Shown here piece by piece: positions 56,881-64,000 of a stretch of 64,000 nt of DNA. The notes beneath the pieces were generated by a model. The model was not told the DNA's origin and did not search any database. It worked only from the letters and a program-made list of their open reading frames with translations. How positions within the stretch are numbered: the first letter of the stretch is position 1; each line of letters starts with the position of its first letter. The position numbers and the translations under genes are program-made. Location: IMG/VR virus record IMGVR_UViG_3300025915_000017, positions 953 through 64,952 of that record; one strand, 5' to 3'. Origin of the DNA: a virus (Duplodnaviria > Caudoviricetes).

Positions 56881-57177
56881 AGAGAAGTGAGAAGGGATCG
56901 TTGCTGTTTGATCCCTTCGAGCAAAGGACTACACGCTTTTTGCCGTAGCGCAAGGATAGTATAGCATGAGAGGGGAAAGTGAGAGCAGATAGCGAGTAGT
57001 CTATCTGCTCGGTCTATAGAAGATGGTTCTGAGTATAAACCCTGAGCTAGTATAGCAGGTGAGGGATAGTGGAAGAAGTGAAAGGGACTCTACTCAGTAG
57101 TGAGTCCCTTTGTGAAGATGGTATTGCAGTGCGCGTAGACGCAGCCCCAGTATAACAGTGGTGATTCTTCCTGTCGA
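56881..57177 (-). ncRNA. Tandem array of three putative small RNAs
   Basis: TG(C/T)TATACT at 57148-57157, 57048-57057 and 56957-56966; each is followed 37-39 nt downstream by a 9-10 bp hairpin and TCACTT plus a pyrimidine tail. Confidence 0.55.
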
Positions 57178-57271
57178 ATTTCAATCCTCTCACGCTACGC
57201 CCTCAACAATATAAGGGTATCATGAATTTGTCGTGGGTAAGGGACAAATAAGCGCAGCAACAAAAAGTACA

Positions 57272-57337
57272 ATCTCAGGAATTTGTTGTGGGTGGGGACT
57301 CTTGAATGGACTGTCACCCACAACAAATTCCTGAGAT
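57272..57337. repeat. Perfect 23-bp inverted repeat with 20-nt loop
   Basis: ATCTCAGGAATTTGTTGTGGGTG / CACCCACAACAAATTCCTGAGAT; degenerate direct copy at 57224-57243. Confidence 0.85.
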
Positions 57338-57338
57338 A

Positions 57339-57503
57339 TCAGCTTTCTTTCTCAAATGCTTTATAGAATGCTGTCGGGATAGCTGTGGTTTGAGGGGTCT
57401 CACAGGTCCCGCAATAGTGAGAGTGACCAATCATGTAGAATGGCTTGCCACATTTGAGACAATCTACACGTGGAGGACAAATGTGTGTGTGGTTGTTTTT
57501 GTT
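57339..57503 (-). pseudogene. 3' part of a Zn-finger gene interrupted by ISL3
   Basis: Joins in frame with 59351-59400 after IS removal to give the 68-aa MIEYQRCARC...CLKC...CGTC...KES. Confidence 0.75.
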
Positions 57504-57532
57504 GGCTTTTCGGATTAACTGATTGATAGAGG

Positions 57533-58819
57533 TTAGAAAACCCCTTCCTCTATCAATCGTGTCAGGGTTGATACGCTCACTCCAAGAGTGAGCTGTCGCT
57601 GGTGATCAACCTTGTTCACATCAAAGCCGGTTCCATATTTGGGACGATGCTGGACATGCAGCCCCTTTGAATAGAGGATCTTTGCCCGAAGCGCCTCAAA
57701 CGAATAGCCTCTGCCAAGACGGTTGGCTATTTTTGTCAGGCCATTGAGCGATTCGACATAGGCCGTTGTATAAGGATGATCCCAGTAATTCAAAATCTCA
57801 TTGTGCCAGTTCCCCAACGCTGTGAGAAGCGGCTGGAAGGCAGGTGCTAACTCACCAGGAATAGCAGCCTTCCATTCACGAAAAGCAACCACAGCGGCAG
57901 GGCGATCTGGAACTTTCCAGATGTCAAAAAAGTCTTCTTTCAGCCGGTAGGCTGTTCCTAACAACGGGAAGTTGTTGATCCACGCTTCTAATATCAGACG
58001 CTTTTTCTCGTCTAAATCTTTCTCGCGTCGTAAAAGAATATATTTGTCGTGCATCAGCGTTCTTCTCTGGCGGTCACTTAAGCTGGCCCGTACCTCTTTA
58101 CGCACGCGATCTAATGCTTCATTTGCCATTTTGACCACATGGAAGTGATCGATCACGACCTTTGCCCCAGGCAGTGCTATGGTGGCCGCATCATAGTAAG
58201 GTTGCCACATGTCAATAGCAACCACTTCAATTTTGTCGCGGTTTTCAAGCATGCTCAGATACTTGAGGACCGTTTTCTTATTCCGATCTTTGAGCAGATC
58301 CACAATTGTTCGCTCTTTGACATTTGCCAACACGCAACGCATCTGATTGGCTAAATGCACCTCATCGATCCCTAAATGAGTAGGAGTAATAAAGGTATAG
58401 AGAGACTTCTGCTTCTCTGTGAACTCCTGAAAGATGAGCCTGACCAGTTTTTCGTCTACACCCACTTCATTAGCCACATGGGTAAAAGGGCGCGTGAGAG
58501 CCTGCTGTCCAATATACTCCACCAGGCGGATCGTCATATCGTGTTTCTCATCCACATCAGGCAAGGTTTCCGAAAAGGTTCTTTCGCAGGAATGGCAGAA
58601 GAAACGCCGACGCTGCACGAGAATACCTGTGCGTTTTCCTAATGTTGGAACATCCATAATGTGGTGATCACGTTTTCCATAACGCACAATGTTGGGAGAT
58701 GTACAGTAGAGGCAAGCTGCTGGGGTAGGGATTGGCTCTGCATGAACACGGTGATCGTATTCATTACTTTCAACATGAAACACGTTCCAATCCTCCAAAT
58801 TCAGGAGATTCATGGTCAA
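57533..58819 (-). CDS. ISL3-family DDE transposase
   Basis: Zn finger CLYC...CHSC, LGIDEV, VAIDMWQPY, VIDHFHVVK, YVESLNG..K...GRGY. Confidence 0.95.
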   Translation of the reverse strand: MTMNLLNLEDWNVFHVESNEYDHRVHAEPIPTPAACLYCTSPNIVRYGKRDHHIMDVPTLGKRTGILVQRRRFFCHSCERTFSETLPDVDEKHDMTIRLVEYIGQQALTRPFTHVANEVGVDEKLVRLIFQEFTEKQKSLYTFITPTHLGIDEVHLANQMRCVLANVKERTIVDLLKDRNKKTVLKYLSMLENRDKIEVVAIDMWQPYYDAATIALPGAKVVIDHFHVVKMANEALDRVRKEVRASLSDRQRRTLMHDKYILLRREKDLDEKKRLILEAWINNFPLLGTAYRLKEDFFDIWKVPDRPAAVVAFREWKAAIPGELAPAFQPLLTALGNWHNEILNYWDHPYTTAYVESLNGLTKIANRLGRGYSFEALRAKILYSKGLHVQHRPKYGTGFDVNKVDHQRQLTLGVSVSTLTRLIEEGVF

Positions 58820-58926
58820 GATGCTCCTTCAGTATCAACCAGTAATTCCGAGCAAGCTTGATCATGATACAAGAAGTAAGCACGGAGATCCAGTCCATTG
58901 CTTTCCCCGTGCTTACTTCTACGAAA

Positions 58927-59202
58927 CTATTCAACAACCTGATACGTAATCCGCAAGAGTTCATGAGGCTTGCCTTCCGATGTTCCCTCTGCACACTGAT
59001 GACGAACCTTTTCCGCGATAAGTCCTTTCCTAATCAATGCTCTTACTGTTCCAATAGCAACATCATCCATACCCAATCCCGCCCCGTAATCTTTGACTTC
59101 ATCTCCTGTAATGCTGCGCATAGAACACAGTGTTTTTCCTGCCCGCATTTTTTCCAGAATGCTTTTTTGTACTGTATTTGGCTTCGCTTGTGCTGCGATC
59201 AT
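58927..59202 (-). CDS. IS passenger protein of unknown function
   Basis: RBS ggagg; lies inside the TIRs upstream of the transposase, followed by a 14-bp hairpin at 58872-58920. Confidence 0.65.
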   Translation of the reverse strand: MIAAQAKPNTVQKSILEKMRAGKTLCSMRSITGDEVKDYGAGLGMDDVAIGTVRALIRKGLIAEKVRHQCAEGTSEGKPHELLRITYQVVE

Positions 59203-59350
59203 GGTATCCTCCATGTATATAGGTATAAAATCGGAATAAATGGTTGGTATTAAGAAGAGTATAACATGTAATTACAAGTTTGTCAACCAATAAATCCGAT
59301 TTTAGGGAAGTTTGTACAAGAGAGAGGTCAATCAGTTAATCCGAAAAGCC

Positions 59351-59400
59351 TTTTTGTTAAATGAGAGCTGGCAGCGAGCACAACGCTGATATTCGATCAT
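59351..59400 (-). pseudogene. 5' part of the interrupted Zn-finger gene
   Basis: ATG overlaps the TGA of the upstream gene; encodes MIEYQRCARCQLSFNK. Confidence 0.7.
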
Positions 59401-59717
59401 CTCTTTACCTCACAATCTTCATAGACCTGAGCCAGAGGAATGTTCTCACCATGCTTTCTCCGAGAATGCGTTCGGAAGTCGAATGCGATTCTCTCTCCCA
59501 ACTCATCTAATCCACAACAACAGGGTGTGCTCTCACCGTGAAGAGCACGAGCGTACCGACACTCTTCACTATGGTGCCCAAGCCTCACCAGTCCGTTGTG
59601 GAGTTCTTCAGCCAACTGAAGAAGTAGGTCGATATCTTGTTTCGTGCGTCCTTTTCTTCCTGCGTTTCGTTGCCGTATCTCGCCCAGTTGAATCTGCTCC
59701 ATCGCTTGTCTCTCCAA
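59397..59717 (-). CDS. Hypothetical protein
   Basis: RBS ggagc; HSEECRY...PCCCGL. Confidence 0.55.
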   Translation of the reverse strand: MERQAMEQIQLGEIRQRNAGRKGRTKQDIDLLLQLAEELHNGLVRLGHHSEECRYARALHGESTPCCCGLDELGERIAFDFRTHSRRKHGENIPLAQVYEDCEVKR

Positions 59718-59721
59718 AAAT

Positions 59722-60051
59722 TCAAGCGAGCGGCTCCTCTAGCCGCTCAATTACTTGTATCACTCTTAATACCCCAATATAATCAAGTAGGTGCTCACCA
59801 ATCCATCTGGTATAAGCCGGTGGGATGGCCTGGGCCAGTTCCCTTTTGTTCATCCAGCCAATGCCCATGGCCTCGCGCCCGATTTCGGCAGGAATGCTAT
59901 CTGGGCGTTTGCGCCCATCCTTGCGTGGTCTGCCATCATCGTCGATAAGATACGCTAACGTTTTCTTGATAGGGTGCAGCGCGAGTGTGGCATTATCCGG
60001 TAAGATGCTGGCAAAACTGAAGTACAATATCTCCTCATGTTCTACCATCAT
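59722..60051 (-). CDS. Chimeric ORF carrying the C-terminal segment of a phage C5-cytosine methyltransferase
   Basis: REAMGIGWMNKRELAQAIPPAYTRWIGEHL resembles the C-terminus of phage C5-MTases; no PC catalytic motif. Confidence 0.5.
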   Translation of the reverse strand: MMVEHEEILYFSFASILPDNATLALHPIKKTLAYLIDDDGRPRKDGRKRPDSIPAEIGREAMGIGWMNKRELAQAIPPAYTRWIGEHLLDYIGVLRVIQVIERLEEPLA

Positions 60052-60257
60052 TACGCCTCCACGTGAGGATGTTCGATTTCATCCTGCAATCGCTTGAGCG
60101 CCTTTGCCTGTGCGCCAGCGATCACTGCCAACCAATGGTGATAGTCCTGGTCACTGGTCTTGACGCAGATTTCGGCCAGTGCAGATTGATTGTGCGCTTT
60201 GCGTGTGTACTCCTCGATGAGCAATTGAATGTGTTGCTTGATTTGGGCTTCATTCAT
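60051..60257 (-). CDS. Hypothetical protein
   Basis: Coupled leftward operon. Confidence 0.55.
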   Translation of the reverse strand: MNEAQIKQHIQLLIEEYTRKAHNQSALAEICVKTSDQDYHHWLAVIAGAQAKALKRLQDEIEHPHVEA

Positions 60258-60436
60258 CGGTTATACTCCTTGTGAGGCTGCGTGCTCCACAATGCAACGT
60301 GCCTCGCTTCGTTGTCCCGGCGTTGGTTGTGCGGACCAGCGCCACCCACACTACAATTGACAATTGCCTGGAGCATGATTAAGACGTGAAGGCAGTCCCG
60401 GTGAAGAGACTGCCCTGCTTGTTGTAGTTGGCTCAT
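60254..60436 (-). CDS. Hypothetical protein
   Basis: ATGA overlaps. Confidence 0.45.
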   Translation of the reverse strand: MSQLQQAGQSLHRDCLHVLIMLQAIVNCSVGGAGPHNQRRDNEARHVALWSTQPHKEYNR

Positions 60437-60630
60437 GCTGCTACCTGCCAGTCATACGTATGATCCCCCAGGATCTCGATGGCCAGAGTGATATCCTGCT
60501 GGCTGGTTTGTTGCCATGGCACATCATTGTGATTGACCGTAAACGTGGCATGATATTGCCAATCGTTATGGCAACTATGGCCCGGATCGCCGCAATACAG
60601 TTTGTCGGGATGGTCTTGATTTGGCTCCAT
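60433..60630 (-). CDS. Hypothetical protein
   Basis: RBS ggagg. Confidence 0.55.
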   Translation of the reverse strand: MEPNQDHPDKLYCGDPGHSCHNDWQYHATFTVNHNDVPWQQTSQQDITLAIEILGDHTYDWQVAA

Positions 60631-61188
60631 GGCAATCTACCTCCGCAAACTGCTGCGCTGTAATTCCTGTGCATTTCGCTCTACGATGGAGGGCGATGCC
60701 TCCCACTGGTCCAGTTGATGTGTGATGGCCAGACGTTGCAGTGGCTCTGGCAAGTGGTTAATACGGGCCTGCTCGTCCAGATCGTCGAGCGTGTCCGCAT
60801 CGTTCTCGGTGATGTGCGATGGCTTTATAATTCGCATAGTTACCACCCCCACATTTGCAGGCAGGACCACGCGCCGCAGGTATGTTGTGAGCTACGTGCT
60901 ATATGTCCACAAATGCCGTACACGGGTTGGACCGCAGGGCGTGCGCTCGGAGATGGTTGTGGTTTGGTGATAGGGGTTGTTGGTTGTGTAGTAGCCTGCT
61001 TGACTGTTTGGCTTGTAGGAATGGTTGGATTCATGGTAAACTCTCCTTGTGCAGACCTGCTAAGGTTCCAAGCTAAACAGGGCTGCCGATGAATGATTGC
61101 CTCCTCGTCCTTGCCCGGTTGAGGAGGTTTTCTTTTTGTCAAAAATGCCAAATTTTACAGGGTTTATAGTTCCGAATGTGTAAGTAAC

Positions 61189-61404
61189 TTACAATATACA
61201 AGTACTATTTAACTTAAATCCTTGCTTGAAGCCGCGAACAAAATCTTCTTGTGGATCGATGTGTGCGTACCCTCGTTGCTGCATGAAATCAAATACCCGA
61301 TTGGCAATGATATTGATTTCATGCTCATCTAGAAGCGCTGGCTTCGCATGGTTTTTAACCTCTTCGCTCCCTGCAATAACACCTCGCCTTTCTGCGTTGA
61401 TCAA
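61189..61404 (-). CDS. Hypothetical protein
   Basis: RBS ggagga. Confidence 0.5.
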   Translation of the reverse strand: MINAERRGVIAGSEEVKNHAKPALLDEHEINIIANRVFDFMQQRGYAHIDPQEDFVRGFKQGFKLNSTCIL

Positions 61405-61504
61405 TTTTTCCTCCCCTATTGCGGAAATGTAATTCGTGTGTTACAATTGACTGTGTAAGACAGTATAACACAAATTTGACAGATATGCAACCCGAAGGAG
61501 AGAC

Positions 61505-62329
61505 ATGGAGAAGGAAAAACGGAAGCGTGGAGGCGACGTTAAAAAAGCGCCTCCAGGTTTTTATACAGCAAAGGAGGCACAAGCTCGGCTAGGAATGTCG
61601 CCATCACTTTTTCGTTACTATGTTCGCAATGGCAGGATTAAAAGGCATGTTCCTCCATTGCGTGTTGAAGGATTTTATAAGCGAGAGGAGATTGACCGCT
61701 TGGCGACAGAGATTGCATTGTTTTTACACTCTGGAGAAGAGAAGCAAACAACAGAGACGCGCATTGCTCAACCATCTGATGCGCAGGGTATCGTTGAGGT
61801 TTTGAGCGTGATGGGATGGCAGACAGCAACGGCAGATCAGCGCCGCTCCTGGTACAAGGTCAATCCCTATCAAGATTATGTAGCTGTGCGCGATGGGCAA
61901 GTTGCAGGCTATATCTGGGCCGTACCCCTGAAGGCGGAAGCGCTTGAAGATATGATGAGTGGCAGGAAACGAGGCTGGCATATTCAGCCGCAAGATATCT
62001 TGCCTTACGAACCTGGAAGATCCTACAACCTCTACGTTGGGGCTGCTACCCGCAAAGATGTAGAGTCACATGTGCAACGTGTTGGCTTTAGGCTCATCAG
62101 TGGTTTCTTCACATTTTTAGAAGAGTTGGCAGAGCAAGGGATAACGATTCATCAGCTCTACGCTGTCAGCGCCGAACCTGAAGGGCAGAAGCTTTGTCGC
62201 GATTTGGGATTTGTAGAGCAACCAGTACAAGAAGGCGATAAGTTTCCACGCTTTATGTTGGACTTGAGAACGTCGACTTCACATTTTGCGAAACTTTACA
62301 AGCAAGCAGTCCAATCGATGAAATCGTAG
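61505..62329 (+). CDS. MerR-like HTH fused to a GNAT-like domain
   Basis: YTAKEAQARLGMSPSLFRYYVRNGRI HTH; RIAQPSD...QVAGYI...LYAVSAEPEGQKLCRDLGF GNAT-like. Confidence 0.7.
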   Translation: MEKEKRKRGGDVKKAPPGFYTAKEAQARLGMSPSLFRYYVRNGRIKRHVPPLRVEGFYKREEIDRLATEIALFLHSGEEKQTTETRIAQPSDAQGIVEVLSVMGWQTATADQRRSWYKVNPYQDYVAVRDGQVAGYIWAVPLKAEALEDMMSGRKRGWHIQPQDILPYEPGRSYNLYVGAATRKDVESHVQRVGFRLISGFFTFLEELAEQGITIHQLYAVSAEPEGQKLCRDLGFVEQPVQEGDKFPRFMLDLRTSTSHFAKLYKQAVQSMKS

Positions 62330-62450
62330 TGTGTTGTTTGTTGTGTGCTCCCGCCTGATAGCCGCGAAACTGACAGGCAGGAGCGTTGACCGTTGGCAGT
62401 GGTAAGCCAAGAGTCATTGTGCATTCTAGCAAGTTGGCTCTAGAAGCGCA

Positions 62451-62639
62451 ATGGAAAGAGAGTTCGAAATGGGATTGACGCGAATGGAGAAGCGGACCAT
62501 TCAACTGGTGGCGCAGTTGATGGATGAGTGGGACTGGGTGATTGATGCTGGGACCGTGACAAAGTACGTCAATGATTTTACGCCGTGTCATGTGAGCTTG
62601 CGACAGGTTGAGTATGTATTGCGTGAGCAAGCGGCGTAA
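62451..62639 (+). CDS. Small hypothetical protein
   Basis: 62-aa ORF upstream of the membrane gene. Confidence 0.45.
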   Translation: MEREFEMGLTRMEKRTIQLVAQLMDEWDWVIDAGTVTKYVNDFTPCHVSLRQVEYVLREQAA

Positions 62640-62661
62640 GCGCCGGGAAAGGATTCTAATT

Positions 62662-63192
62662 ATGTCAGCAGTTGATAGTGTTCGAGAGCATGCGGGGCGT
62701 GCTCACAAAAAACTTGCCAATTCTCCGCTTATTATGTGGGCGCTGGGCTTATTGACCCTCTTGCTCTGGGTTTGTGCAACGGTTACGCAGATCCAGACCT
62801 CAGAGTATCTGGCCGAGGGCAGTAGCCAACGTGTGGCCAGCATTGCTATTAATGTTTTTCAGCAGCCCTGGTTGATCATTTCGGGGCAGGTGCCTATCGG
62901 GTACAACACACCATATATGTATGCCTGGATTGTTGAGTTATTGACGCTTGTTGTGGCCCTGGCCTTGACCGCAGCTTTCACAAAAATTGCTACCGTGAAT
63001 TCAACGCTTGCAAAAATCTTCATTGGCGCGGCTGTAATCCTGGTGATCCTCAATAGTTGGGCAGACTTCAGCGGCACGCCTGGCAACAATGATCTGGTGC
63101 GTTTCCTGGTTGCTGCTGCTCTTGGTATTATGGTTACTTGTGGCTTACCTCTGGGTATCGGCTTAATTGAACACGGTTGCGAGCAGTACTAG
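62662..63192 (+). CDS. Four-TM membrane protein
   Basis: RBS aaagga; four hydrophobic segments. Confidence 0.7.
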   Translation: MSAVDSVREHAGRAHKKLANSPLIMWALGLLTLLLWVCATVTQIQTSEYLAEGSSQRVASIAINVFQQPWLIISGQVPIGYNTPYMYAWIVELLTLVVALALTAAFTKIATVNSTLAKIFIGAAVILVILNSWADFSGTPGNNDLVRFLVAAALGIMVTCGLPLGIGLIEHGCEQY

Positions 63193-63206
63193 CAAGGATG
63201 AAGGCC

Positions 63207-64000
63207 ATGTCAGAAGCACAGAATGAAAATGATAAATTTGTCTCAGCAATCGCCATTGCGGGTGCTTCCGTTCCGATTGTCGAGGGGATCGTTGCTCTCT
63301 CAAATGGGGGCGTTGTTGGTGGCATTGTTGGACTGGGTATATCAGGGCTTGTATGGCTCGCAGCTGATGAGATGGCTAAAAAGGGCAGGGGCCTCGCGCT
63401 TCCTGCCTCCTCTCTGCCCAGACAAAGAGCGGCGCGTTCCGGTCAGCCGGGTATATTCTCTCGCATGTTGACTGGTAAAGATGACCGAGATGAGCAGCCA
63501 CAACCGAAAGATGCGCGTGACGAGATGATGCCTGAGCCACAAACAGAGAAGTTGCCAGAATTAGATGATCTTCCTCTGGCTCGCCCACGAAAGAATGTTA
63601 ATCTTGCCTCTGATCTTTCCATCCTGGTTGATGACATTGCTGGCAAAGCTATTCTCATCACTGGGATGAGACGATCTGGTAAGACCACGTTGGGTGCATT
63701 GTTGGCCGAGCAGTTTGGCAAGCTCTATATCCCCTTGTTCATTCCTGACTTTGAGGGTGACTATCTCTCATTGGCTGATGTTCTCCCTCGCGCGGTCATT
63801 GCTGGACATCCGAGCGCTGCCAGGCAGTATGTTGAGTATGACTTTGTTGGTGTGACCCATAGTGATGCCGCTAACCTGGGATATGCCCTTCTTGACCAGG
63901 GCTATCAAGTGATTCTTGATCTGGCATCCTATCCTACTCTGGAAGAGGGCCTTGCTGCCCAGATACAAACTATTCGTGGGATGTTCGCGTGGGCAGAGGC
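63207..64000 (+). CDS. Membrane-anchored P-loop ATPase, HerA/FtsK/VirB4-like (truncated by the window end; not in ORF track)
   Basis: Open frame from the ATG at 63207 to the edge: two TM segments, linker, AILITGMRRSGKTT Walker A, FIPDFEGDY. Confidence 0.75.
   Translation, partial: MSEAQNENDKFVSAIAIAGASVPIVEGIVALSNGGVVGGIVGLGISGLVWLAADEMAKKGRGLALPASSLPRQRAARSGQPGIFSRMLTGKDDRDEQPQPKDARDEMMPEPQTEKLPELDDLPLARPRKNVNLASDLSILVDDIAGKAILITGMRRSGKTTLGALLAEQFGKLYIPLFIPDFEGDYLSLADVLPRAVIAGHPSAARQYVEYDFVGVTHSDAANLGYALLDQGYQVILDLASYPTLEEGLAAQIQTIRGMFAWAE

Larger units (their letters stand above)
57504..59350 (-). mobile_element. ISL3-family insertion sequence (1847 bp) with a passenger gene
   Basis: Perfect 23-bp TIR GGCTTTTCGGATTAACTGATTGA at 57504-57526 and 59328-59350; 8-bp TSD TTTTTGTT at 57496-57503 and 59351-59358. 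Confidence 0.95.

Noticed and set aside
56881-57177. CRISPR array interpretation of the periodic units
   Set aside because: The hairpins differ in sequence, there is no identical 25-45 bp repeat and no cas gene; the units carry their own -10 boxes
1-64000. ParA/ParB partition genes, toxin-antitoxin pairs, anti-CRISPR/Aca operon, cas or retron genes
   Set aside because: No diagnostic motifs recognised; many small hypothetical ORFs remain unassigned and need HMM searches

Overview
The whole 64 kb window reads as one temperate siphovirus-like element with no recognisable host housekeeping gene. The Chloroflexi-type LGFP-like C-terminus of the endolysin and the general gene style suggest a Chloroflexota (possibly Ktedonobacteria) host, which is an unverified inference. 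Gene order: accessory genes (membrane HTH protein, glycoside hydrolase, adenine MTase, DUF1003; 0.05-6.5 kb); packaging and head (terS, terL split into ATPase and nuclease genes, portal, scaffold, major capsid; 6.8-13.7 kb); neck and tail (two tail-tube paralogs, frameshifted chaperone pair, tape measure carrying a Hint domain, pectate-lyase-like spike, 1867-aa hub, three paralogous fibre-like proteins; 13.7-33 kb); lysis (33-36.7 kb); a leftward early block with an internal tyrosine recombinase and a Rad52-like annealase (36.8-41.8 kb); an HTH regulator cluster (42-47.8 kb); replication and modification (initiator with iterons, DnaB, two MTases; 49.9-55 kb); a complete ISL3 element with TIRs and an 8-bp TSD interrupting a Zn-finger gene (57.5-59.35 kb); and an HTH-GNAT gene plus a membrane protein/HerA-FtsK-like ATPase pair at the right edge. 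The most unusual signals are non-coding: a tandem array of three promoter-plus-hairpin small-RNA units (56.88-57.18 kb) with a similar unit at 34.96-35.18 kb, a non-canonical tRNA-like cloverleaf (34872-34940), a covarying GAGCC hairpin family ahead of three late gene blocks, a conserved 15-nt-loop leader ahead of the capsid and tail-tube genes, and palindromic repeats inside a membrane-anchored HTH gene. All RNA structures, promoters and homologies were judged by eye.
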